DNA of 64,000 nucleotides, taken from IMG/VR virus record IMGVR_UViG_2907233695_000001, positions 64,001 to 128,000 of that record; one strand, written 5' to 3'. The notes below the pieces were generated by a model, which had not been told where the DNA came from, searched no databases, and worked only from the letters and a program-made list of their open reading frames with translations. The DNA is from a virus (lineage: Duplodnaviria; Caudoviricetes). Of this stretch, positions 30,838-39,252 are shown one piece after another. Each line of letters starts with the position of its first letter. Positions within the stretch are counted from its first letter, which is position 1. Position numbers and translations under genes: made by a program.

Positions 30838-30995
30838 ATCATTCAGCCTTTCGTATAGGGTAAACTTTTGTTTACCTATGTATAAAAAATTCGGAGATTG
30901 AACATCTCCTATTTTTAATATAACATATTTACCAATTAGTGGTCAATTATTTTTTCACTATTTTTTATTTTTTATTTATCTTAATACTTTCTTCA

Positions 30996-31211
30996 TTAAT
31001 AATCCCAAAAATGACTCGCTCTCTTACTTGGATCAATCTGCTTTACACCATCCATAATCTTCTTCATTACATTTTGGCTAGGAATCCATCCGTTCCGAGT
31101 TAATGCGGTTCTAAGAGTATCTGTAGTAATACCTATCTCTTCGGCAAACTCAACTTGGTTGTATGCGTCCTGTTCATCATAAAACCATTTGCCAAACGGT
31201 GTTAGCGACAT
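30996..31211 (-). CDS. XRE HTH regulator divergent from the tubZ/ftsK cluster
   Basis: TPFGKW...QVEFAEEIGI...WIPS...IMDG...FWD. Confidence 0.7.
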   Translation of the reverse strand: MSLTPFGKWFYDEQDAYNQVEFAEEIGITTDTLRTALTRNGWIPSQNVMKKIMDGVKQIDPSKRASHFWDY

Positions 31212-31246
31212 AAAAAATACATCTCCTTGGACTTTAAGTTAGAAAC

Positions 31247-31338
31247 TAGTATTGTCCAAGCAGTGACATTTTAAAACAAGCTATACCGAAATTTTTTGGT
31301 ATGAGTTGGTATCAGGACAAAATATCCACTCATATCCT
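31247..31338. promoter_or_regulatory. Divergent sporulation-sigma-like promoters
   Basis: Minus strand GTTTTA..GGACAATACTA (sigma-F/G-like, 31247-31277); plus strand CATATCCT -10 (sigma-E/K-like, 31331-31338); no sigma-A consensus seen. Confidence 0.4.
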
Positions 31339-31378
31339 GTAACATAAAGCAAAAACAACATGAATTCAGAAAGGAGCG

Positions 31379-31669
31379 ATGAAGATGGAACAGTATTTTA
31401 AAGATGTGGTTGGCGAATTATCAATAGACGATATGAACTTCCTCGGTGTTCTTTACGACAATGACGCTACAGCAGGATTTAAAGCTATGACGCATAGTGT
31501 TGTAATGGATAAGGTTGGTTTGTCAGAGGCTACATTCCGTAAAGTGGTATATCGACTAGTAGCGAACAAATTCATCTCTACAGTCCCAAATAAGCGTCAA
31601 CACAGCGTTTATCTCACCCACTATGGTATCGCAGCATTGAAGATTAACGTCGAAGGAGTGAGTGCTTAA
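31379..31669 (+). CDS. Winged-helix DNA-binding protein, TubR-like
   Basis: 96-aa wHTH pattern (GLSEATFRKVVYRL...VYLTHYG); stop overlaps the tubZ start. Confidence 0.6.
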   Translation: MKMEQYFKDVVGELSIDDMNFLGVLYDNDATAGFKAMTHSVVMDKVGLSEATFRKVVYRLVANKFISTVPNKRQHSVYLTHYGIAALKINVEGVSA

Positions 31670-32778
31670 TGTTAGGTGTTCTAGGGTTAGGTCAGGCAGG
31701 ATCGAATTTCGCAGAAGAAGCTTCAAAATACGGAATTGTATCTGGTGTCATTAACTATTCTCAAAAAGATTTGGATTCAGTCGATGTAAAACACAAATTG
31801 AGGTTGTTGGGGTCAGAGGGAGTAGGAAAAAATCGAGATGAGGCCATCGCTCTCTTTCAGGATCAGTGGGAAATTGCTTTAAAGTTCATCCAAGATCATT
31901 TTTCAAACTGTGATGTAATTGCATTCGCTTTTTCATCGAGCGGAGGTTCTGGAAGCGGTATAAGCCCAATCTTGCTGGACATAGCCACTAATTCCATGCC
32001 TGATAAAACATTCATTGCTTTTGTGGTAATGCCCGAATTAAGCGAAGCAACTTCTAGTCAAATCAACTGCCTAAAGACGTTTGAGGAGTTATCTGGCTTA
32101 AACATTGCAATCTTCCCTGTTGATAATCAACTAGTTCGGAACCAAAATCCGTATGTCGGAAAAAATAAACTATATGAATTGTCCAATAGGAACTCCATTG
32201 CGTTGCTTTATAAATTGGCTATGTATACAGATATGCACTCCAAAAACGGTAACTTTGATAAAAAAGATTTCATAACTGTTCTCAGAACTCAGGGGATCGC
32301 AACAATTGCTGAAGTAGATATTGCTGTTGTAGGTCAAAACATCAGCCTCACTCCTGAAGGTGTAGCCGATAAAGTCAGAAAGTCGTGGGCTAATACATTA
32401 TTTACACCTGTTGAAATGGAAAAAGTAACACGAGCAGCAATTATCTTCGATGGTCAGGAATCTTTAATGGAGCAAATTCGTCACGACCTGATGTTCTCGG
32501 AGTTTATACATGGGATGCCAGTGGATTTGTTCGAGGGTAATTATCATGAAAGCAATGGGAAAATTGTCTCTATCTTGACTGGTCTTGCATGGTGTAACTC
32601 GCGCTTACAAGATATTGAAAGATTGAACAAGAGCAACCAAGAGCGTGTTGAATCCATGATGGCGAATCAAATGAGTTATCAGTCTAATGCTTCTGACCTG
32701 CTTAGTAAGATTCGTAAACCAGTTGAGAAAGAGCAGAAAAAGTCGATGCTGGATATTTTGAGTAAATATAAGAGGTGA
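31669..32778 (+). CDS. tubZ: Tubulin/FtsZ-family GTPase (TubZ/RepX-like)
   Basis: GLGQAGSN, GVGKNR, SGGSGSG signature, PVDN, NFDKKDF T7 loop, helical C-terminal tail. Confidence 0.88.
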   Translation: MLGVLGLGQAGSNFAEEASKYGIVSGVINYSQKDLDSVDVKHKLRLLGSEGVGKNRDEAIALFQDQWEIALKFIQDHFSNCDVIAFAFSSSGGSGSGISPILLDIATNSMPDKTFIAFVVMPELSEATSSQINCLKTFEELSGLNIAIFPVDNQLVRNQNPYVGKNKLYELSNRNSIALLYKLAMYTDMHSKNGNFDKKDFITVLRTQGIATIAEVDIAVVGQNISLTPEGVADKVRKSWANTLFTPVEMEKVTRAAIIFDGQESLMEQIRHDLMFSEFIHGMPVDLFEGNYHESNGKIVSILTGLAWCNSRLQDIERLNKSNQERVESMMANQMSYQSNASDLLSKIRKPVEKEQKKSMLDILSKYKR

Positions 32779-32957
32779 GAAAAATGCTTCTTGAAACATT
32801 GCTCGCGTACACCGTTAAAGTGGCGATGTTACATCCCTTTAAGTATTGTGGCCTCATGGGTGCTTTAACAATAAAGAAAACAATGGATGATGCAGAAAAG
32901 GAAAAGAAATTTGAAGTAGTTTGCAAAATCAGCGAAATGAAAAAATACATTGTCTAA
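32775..32957 (+). CDS. Small hypothetical protein
   Basis: Coupled to tubZ; GAGGTG RBS. Confidence 0.55.
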   Translation: MRKMLLETLLAYTVKVAMLHPFKYCGLMGALTIKKTMDDAEKEKKFEVVCKISEMKKYIV

Positions 32958-32972
32958 GGGAGAGTGTTTACT

Positions 32973-33134
32973 ATGACAAAACAAAACAAAATGGAAATCA
33001 TCGCAATGCTGCTTAAATTGGAGACTCAAGGCGTGGAGTTAAATCTGACCAAAGAGGGATTCGAGTGGTATTACCAACTGCAACAAGAGGTTTTAGGGGA
33101 AACGTCCGAAGATGTTCAAGAGTTGGTTGGTTAA
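32973..33134 (+). CDS. Small acidic hypothetical protein (53 aa)
   Basis: MTKQNKMEIIAMLLKLETQGVELNLTKEGFEWYY...; AAGGGAG RBS. Confidence 0.6.
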   Translation: MTKQNKMEIIAMLLKLETQGVELNLTKEGFEWYYQLQQEVLGETSEDVQELVG

Positions 33135-33233
33135 TCCATCTTTTCCTTAATTTCATCTTCTCACTGTTTAAAATCATCTTTCCCAAGTGCCGTTTTGCCC
33201 ACTTTTCGAGACAAAAGAAAAAGGGAAAGATGA

Positions 33234-33458
33234 TTAATATCTCTTTCCCTCTCTTTCCAATACCTCATATTCCTTCATTATTTCAATGACCTCTCTAAGT
33301 TTGCGTTTAGAGAGTCCAGTCTTGTCGGCAATTTCACCTTCATAGAACTCAAATTTTCTTTCCCACTCCGGTTTGATTCTTTTGTGGTTGTCGAGGATCA
33401 TACTGGAGATTCCAACTACATAAGAAGCAGCAGAAATAATTTTATTAAGTTTAGTCAT
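33234..33458 (-). CDS. Small HTH-like protein inverted within the cluster
   Basis: GGGGGAG RBS; EIADKTGLSKRKLREVIEIMKEYEVLER. Confidence 0.55.
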   Translation of the reverse strand: MTKLNKIISAASYVVGISSMILDNHKRIKPEWERKFEFYEGEIADKTGLSKRKLREVIEIMKEYEVLEREGKRY

Positions 33459-33517
33459 GAATAATCTCCCCCTCTGCTTTTTATTTTTATTATGTTCCGA
33501 GGAGAGGTGTTTTAAAC

Positions 33518-33706
33518 ATGGAAGTAATAACAGCAATGGCAGTGGTTGCACTTGGCTTGAAAGTTGCAGTAGCTCTGGGGTCAGTGGTCGGAATTACTTC
33601 AGGAGTCAATTGGTTCAACAAGAAGACCATTAATCTGAAAGGTAGTGGTAAGGATGAAGGTAAGCATGAATCCCTCCCGAGATTTCACCGTGATGATATC
33701 GAGTAA
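33518..33706 (+). CDS. Small membrane protein
   Basis: Hydrophobic N-half; GAGGTG RBS. Confidence 0.6.
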   Translation: MEVITAMAVVALGLKVAVALGSVVGITSGVNWFNKKTINLKGSGKDEGKHESLPRFHRDDIE

Positions 33707-34181
33707 ATCATTTGTTGTGGGAGAGAATGCCGTAACGAGTGAAACGGAAAATTTTTTCGAAGCATTAAAAGAGGAGGTGATGCAGAACCCAAAGCAAGCC
33801 AAATCGTTGCTCAAGAATCTTTGTACAACAGGTACAACATTGGCATCCATGTTAATGCAAACAAACTTAGCTATGGCTGCTCCAACAAGTCCAGTTCCGA
33901 CAGATATTACGGACGGACTAAAGGCAACAATAATAACAATAATTGTAATAGGCGTAGGTTTATCGATAATTTTGCTTTCACTGTCCTCAATTCTCAAAAT
34001 GTCTCCAATAAAAAACAAGGCAGACGAATGGTCGGTGAACATCCTCAAGGGTCTAGCTCAACTACTGATGGCTCCAATCATAGTCGGTCTGATAGTGGGA
34101 CTATACTTTCTTCTCTTTGGCAACGTTGCAATTTTTCAGCCAATCGAAGACCCAATTCGAGTATTTTTTCAACATCATTAA
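33645..34181 (+). CDS. VirB2/TrbC pilin-like membrane protein
   Basis: Signal-like segment ending AMA-A, two TM helices separated by KNKADEWSVNILKG. Confidence 0.55.
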   Translation: MVRMKVSMNPSRDFTVMISSKSFVVGENAVTSETENFFEALKEEVMQNPKQAKSLLKNLCTTGTTLASMLMQTNLAMAAPTSPVPTDITDGLKATIITIIVIGVGLSIILLSLSSILKMSPIKNKADEWSVNILKGLAQLLMAPIIVGLIVGLYFLLFGNVAIFQPIEDPIRVFFQHH

Positions 34182-34198
34182 AAAACAAACAACAATTT

Positions 34199-35452
34199 AT
34201 GATTGCAATGGCTCCACTTTCACTCTCGGATTTATTGTTTGGGAAAGAGCATCAAAAGGGAGTTATTACTGAACTCGCGACAAATGAGAAGATGCAGGAG
34301 AACATGAAGCAATCCTCTCTCTTTCCTTCAATTAGCGATTGGCTAGGGATTAAGCAGAAGATTCAAGAATTAGCAGAACAACTCCACCAACAAGCCCTCC
34401 TAACACCTGACCCTAATGACGATAAGATTGACTTTGTAAAATACATGTATGACTATGTAGGCGCAGCTCCAGCCACTCATTTTATGCCTGACTGGTTTAA
34501 AGAAATAATCATCTACATCAGTGCGATGTTCAATCAGTTGACTCATAATTCTGTGCAATTTGTTTTTAAGAAGATATATGAGTTTGTAACCAAAATCGTC
34601 ATCTATACTCCCGAATGGATATTTAACAACTCATGGTTCCCTTCCTCGGTTGCAAAATTCTCATCAGTAAGCGTGATCCTGATTATCATCATAGCGATGA
34701 TTGAAGGTATCAAGCGCATGTGCAAACTCAATCATACACCTTATCCAGATTTCCTAAAAAGACTTCCTATAGCTTTGGGAGTATCGGCTGCTACGCCATT
34801 CATTTTTTCAAGTGGTCTTAAATTACTTAACACGGTAACTGACTGGATTCTTAAACTAGGGGCAGATGAAATCGGTGCAAATAAGGCTGTTGGGATTTTC
34901 ATTACTCCCATACTTTTTGAGCCAGTAAATGCAATCGTGATGGTTCTATTCTTAATTCTAATCTCATTATTATGCGTACCTATGCTCTTATTACATGCTC
35001 GTCGTTGGTTCGATCTTACTATGCTTGGAATGTTAACACCTTTAGCTATGGTTGCATTTATTTTTGACTCTACAAGAGATTATTTTAATCAATGGCTAAG
35101 AGGAATTAAGCGGTTGGGATTGGTTCAACTTGCGTATGCAGGATTCGTTACAGTTATAGGAATATTAATGTTCGGGACACCTAACCCCACTACATTCACA
35201 GGAGTAATTTCTAAAACACTTTTGCTAACAGGTGGAATATACCGTCTCGCTTTTCCTCCTCAAATTGTAAAGAATTTTGATGATAACGCAGCAGGTATGT
35301 ATAGATGGATGCAACAGTTGAAGGATAGAGAAATTAGAGATGGCAAATTGAAACGTGTTGAAACTGCCAAAGAAATGAGTGAAGGTGCTCTACTTGGTTC
35401 GGCTAAGATTGCAGGTAAAGCATACAGAATTATATTTAAAAAGAGAGGTTGA
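34199..35452 (+). CDS. VirB6/TrbL-like polytopic membrane protein
   Basis: About 6 TM segments; RRWFDLTMLGMLTPLAMVAFIFDSTRDYFNQW resembles the TrbL core; start uncertain. Confidence 0.6.
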   Translation: MIAMAPLSLSDLLFGKEHQKGVITELATNEKMQENMKQSSLFPSISDWLGIKQKIQELAEQLHQQALLTPDPNDDKIDFVKYMYDYVGAAPATHFMPDWFKEIIIYISAMFNQLTHNSVQFVFKKIYEFVTKIVIYTPEWIFNNSWFPSSVAKFSSVSVILIIIIAMIEGIKRMCKLNHTPYPDFLKRLPIALGVSAATPFIFSSGLKLLNTVTDWILKLGADEIGANKAVGIFITPILFEPVNAIVMVLFLILISLLCVPMLLLHARRWFDLTMLGMLTPLAMVAFIFDSTRDYFNQWLRGIKRLGLVQLAYAGFVTVIGILMFGTPNPTTFTGVISKTLLLTGGIYRLAFPPQIVKNFDDNAAGMYRWMQQLKDREIRDGKLKRVETAKEMSEGALLGSAKIAGKAYRIIFKKRG

Positions 35453-35455
35453 TAC

Positions 35456-37768
35456 TTGATGGTACTAAAACAACTTTTACCTAAGTCATTATCGCTTCCA
35501 GATGTACGGCATTTCAATTTCGATGGATTAACTATTCATATGTTAAAGTCCTATCTTGCCACAATTCCTGTGGCAGATAGGATATACGGAATTGAATGTT
35601 TCATTAGCAAGGATAAGTTAGAACCTTTCTTTATTGCCGAATCGCATTCAGTTGACCTTCCAATTCAGCAGACAGAAAGTAAGCTTATCCTGAGAGAATA
35701 TGGTGAATCAAACTGTAGCTTTCTCTACTCCAACAAATCATCAGTGTTTCCATTTACAATGAGTGAATCCCCTATCGAGGGGCTGCATGAAATCGGCACA
35801 CAAATGAAAGATGATGAATTGATCATATTGCAAGTACTTGCGATTAAAAAACAAACCGAGTTCTGGAATGACAAATTAACGGATCAGTATATTGACTACA
35901 TCAATGGAGTGGAATATCCCACAAATAATAAAATAATCCGAGGTATTCAGCACAAAATAATGGAGATTCAGGCTAAACTCGAAGGTGGATATAGAAGAAA
36001 TCAACGTATTAATGAGGCCGAAAAAAAACTAAAGGAGGATATGTTTCAGACCGAGGTTCGCTTCATGGTAATCGCGCCAAATAGAGACACTAGACGAAAA
36101 TTGGCAAGGTTAGTGCATTCGAAATTTTCCAAGGTCGATTATGTGAATAGTTGGCTACTGTCAGAAGATAAGGACATTCATGGCTATTTTGAGGATGTGC
36201 AGTTGCGTAGACCATCGTTGAGTTACCCTAGACAAATATTGTGTGCCTCAGAGTTGGTTAACTTGTTAATGATCTCGAAACATCAACCGTTAGAAGTAGT
36301 AACTCCAATCATTGAACCTGCGGCACCTCCTATTCCTGCTGCGATTGAATCGCCTGTGTCAGAGGAAGATAAGAGCAACCCATTTGCGCTCTTTCCAAGA
36401 GGTTCGAAACTGGTACGTGAAAATGATGTTAACTTTGCATCGAATCTAAATAATGCCCTTAAAAAACTTTCATTGACCACAGCAGATGTTGTAGTACAAA
36501 AATTTCAACATGGGGCAACCACACAAAAAATTACATTTAGTTTACCTGCTGGATTAAAATTGTCAGACTTAACGAAGTCAACACAGAATATTCAAGTGGA
36601 GCTTGGAATGAATAGCATAAGTTTTGAACAAGGCGATGTCGCAGGTACGGCTAACATTATTATCCCACAAGAGGATAGAGAAATGGTATTCGTTCGTGAT
36701 TGCAGTGAATCATTAGCATTTCAGGAGAAGACGAAAAAGTATGAGTTGCCAATATTCTTTGGAGTGGATACCGCTGGAGAAATCGTCATGACTTGTCTTA
36801 CCATGATAAAGCATCTTCTAATCGCTGGTACAACTGGTTCAGGGAAGAGTTATTTTCTAAATACGTTGCTTGTTGTGCTATTCTCACTTGTTAGTCCTGA
36901 CATGCTAAAAGTGTATATGCTTGATCCAAAAAAAGTTGAGTTATCAGGATACAGGTCGTTTCCCCACGTCCAGAATGTTTATACTGAAATGAACGAAGCC
37001 GAAGGTGTGCTGTTCTTCTTGTGTGCGAAAATGGAGGAGCGTTACTCGTTATTCGAACAAAAGGGCTATAAAAATATTCAACAATATAACAAGCATGAGA
37101 AAGTGAAACTCCCCTACCTTCTACTAGTCATCGATGAGTTGGCTGATTTGATGTCAACAAACTCTGAAGTGGAGGAGTATTTGGTTAGATTAGCTCAAAA
37201 GGCCAGAGCAGCAGGAATCCACCTTATAATTGCAACACAATATCCAATTAGAGAGGTTGTAACACCGCTCATCAAGCGGAACATTTATTCTCGCGTATGT
37301 CTTATGTTAGACAGTTCAACAGCGTATCGTGTTGTGCTTGACGAGGCTCCTAAGTACACGCTTCTTGGTAAAGGAGATGGAATGTATCGGCTTGAGGGTA
37401 TCCAAGGCATACACAGGTTCCAAGGGGCTGTAATAGGCAAGGATGACGATGAGCAGGAAAAAGCAATTGAGAGATTGTCGTCATTTTGGAAAAGCGACAA
37501 CAAAAAAGAAGTTATTGATCTTGAGGCTGCTAGGAATAAGAAACGTAACGATGAAACCAAGGCGTTCAGAAAAGTCGTACTCGAAACAGGTGAAACACGG
37601 ATATCAGAATTGCCGAAAGTGTTGGAAATGAGAACAGAAAAAGTCAAAGCATATATGGATGAATTGGTCATATTAGGTTGGGTTAAGAAGCATAGTGCTA
37701 GATCGAAGGGATATGAATTACTACTCTCCCCTGAACAACGTAAAGTTGAACTTGAAAAATTAAAATGA
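35456..37768 (+). CDS. ftsK: FtsK/SpoIIIE-family DNA translocase
   Basis: HLLIAGTTGSGKS, MLDPKKVEL, LVIDELADL, LAQKARAAGIHLIIATQ, LLGKGDG; C-terminal wHTH. Confidence 0.9.
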   Translation: MMVLKQLLPKSLSLPDVRHFNFDGLTIHMLKSYLATIPVADRIYGIECFISKDKLEPFFIAESHSVDLPIQQTESKLILREYGESNCSFLYSNKSSVFPFTMSESPIEGLHEIGTQMKDDELIILQVLAIKKQTEFWNDKLTDQYIDYINGVEYPTNNKIIRGIQHKIMEIQAKLEGGYRRNQRINEAEKKLKEDMFQTEVRFMVIAPNRDTRRKLARLVHSKFSKVDYVNSWLLSEDKDIHGYFEDVQLRRPSLSYPRQILCASELVNLLMISKHQPLEVVTPIIEPAAPPIPAAIESPVSEEDKSNPFALFPRGSKLVRENDVNFASNLNNALKKLSLTTADVVVQKFQHGATTQKITFSLPAGLKLSDLTKSTQNIQVELGMNSISFEQGDVAGTANIIIPQEDREMVFVRDCSESLAFQEKTKKYELPIFFGVDTAGEIVMTCLTMIKHLLIAGTTGSGKSYFLNTLLVVLFSLVSPDMLKVYMLDPKKVELSGYRSFPHVQNVYTEMNEAEGVLFFLCAKMEERYSLFEQKGYKNIQQYNKHEKVKLPYLLLVIDELADLMSTNSEVEEYLVRLAQKARAAGIHLIIATQYPIREVVTPLIKRNIYSRVCLMLDSSTAYRVVLDEAPKYTLLGKGDGMYRLEGIQGIHRFQGAVIGKDDDEQEKAIERLSSFWKSDNKKEVIDLEAARNKKRNDETKAFRKVVLETGETRISELPKVLEMRTEKVKAYMDELVILGWVKKHSARSKGYELLLSPEQRKVELEKLK

Positions 37769-37779
37769 GGTGAAATTGA

Positions 37780-38581
37780 ATGGTTCTGAAAATGAATGGA
37801 ATTCCATTAACTATTGATGATAGTGGAGTAAATGTTAAGTTGGATATCGCTGAAATTATTCATACGCCGATTAACGTTGATATTACGTATGCTGGTCATC
37901 ATTTGATTAATGGAGATATCAACATGATAAATTTCTGGAGTCATGCTTACGATCATGCTGTTAGTGCTATAGGAAGTCTATTTTAAGGAGGGTGACGAAC
38001 ATGCTTGGGACTCTAATAGTCGTTAATTTGATTACAGGGGTTGTCGGAGCTACTTACATGGGAGCATCACTTGGGAGTAAAATGGGCAAAAGATTGAATA
38101 AAAAAATTCATGGTAAGTATTCAAAGTATAATGAGATAGTGACCATCGCTAAAGGGTCTGATTTGAGGCTCAAATGAAAAAACATTTTTACACATTCGAC
38201 GTTGGTTATTCATGCGTACCTGATGACGATGACAGTGAATACGGTGGATGGGACTTTAGAGAGTATGAAAGCATTTTCGAGGCCGTAAACACCATGCTGT
38301 CCGAATATGGACATTTGGAATTTCATATTCAGCATTTAGAGAAAAATTATGCTTCAATATACTTTCCCAAAGTGGATGATGTAAGCGATAACGGAATTAT
38401 TTTTAAGATATATCGTATGGGGTCTACTCCGTCTAAGGTGGAATTCATATGTGACTCTTGCTTCAGAAAAAATGTGGTAGTTGAATGCGATGATTGCAAG
38501 GAATTGCATTTGTGCCTTAATTGCGATTATTGTTCCACTTGTTGGGAACATAAATTTGAAGATGAGGAAGAAAATGCATAG
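37780..38581 (+). CDS. Three small ORFs (37780-37986; 37992-38177 TM; 38174-38581 with a Cys-rich C-terminus)
   Basis: RBS; coupled downstream of ftsK. Confidence 0.6.
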
Positions 38582-38767
38582 AAAAATGAAATCATTATTT
38601 TAATGGAATCCATTTTTGTGGATTCTTTATTTTTTATTTTGAAAAGTATTGACCTTTAAAAGCAAAAGATGGTAATTTAAGTGTGCAGGGAACAACTACC
38701 AAATGTACCTGCCGAATCTAAATCTTAGAGGGAGTGATAAAATGAAAAATACAAAGGAGAAGATTAA

Positions 38768-39049
38768 ATGGGAAAAGGTAAACATTCGAGATTAACATGG
38801 GAAGACCTCTATTATGATGGACTGATTGATGAACGGTATGAGATTTTCGATGAAGAGTCACAGAAAATTTTTAATGTAAGAGTAAATGATGGATGGGATC
38901 ATCATCTACGAGATAAAAAATACATAGACGAGTGTAATTGTAACGATGACCACTTTATTGAACTGAAAAATATGTGCGAGGACTCCCCTTATTATAGAAA
39001 GCCGTTTGATCCTAAAACAGATGATGTCTTTGTCTTTATAAATAAATAA
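38768..39049 (+). CDS. Hypothetical protein
   Basis: AAGGAG RBS; TTGACC promoter near 38649. Confidence 0.6.
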   Translation: MGKGKHSRLTWEDLYYDGLIDERYEIFDEESQKIFNVRVNDGWDHHLRDKKYIDECNCNDDHFIELKNMCEDSPYYRKPFDPKTDDVFVFINK

Positions 39050-39096
39050 TACATATCAACTTTTTTTAACAAAAATAATCAGGAGTGATACATACG

Positions 39097-39237
39097 ATGA
39101 AAAACAAAGAACAATATATTATTTGTGATGAAGAGTTGGATAACTATTATAACGGTGATGATGAAACCGAAGAATCCGTTGCTGCTGGTCTTGGTTTCAA
39201 CGTAGACGATGAAGGAAATTGGGTTCCAATGGACTAG
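39097..39237 (+). CDS. Small highly acidic protein (46 aa) upstream of the RNAP
   Basis: MKNKEQYIICDEELDNYYNGDDETEESVAAGLGFNVDDEGNWVPMD; AGGAGTG RBS. Confidence 0.65.
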   Translation: MKNKEQYIICDEELDNYYNGDDETEESVAAGLGFNVDDEGNWVPMD

Positions 39238-39252
39238 AGGGGGATAAATTAT

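Noticed and set aside
31669-32778. PhuZ of a nucleus-forming jumbo phage, or host ftsZ
   Set aside because: No chimallin-like gene or dcw cluster; coupled to a small wHTH as in TubRZ
33821-34198. N-terminal 126 aa of the 543-aa ORF as a real protein start
   Set aside because: Overlaps the pilin-like gene out of frame and reads as low-complexity N/S/R; kept only as a frameshift hypothesis
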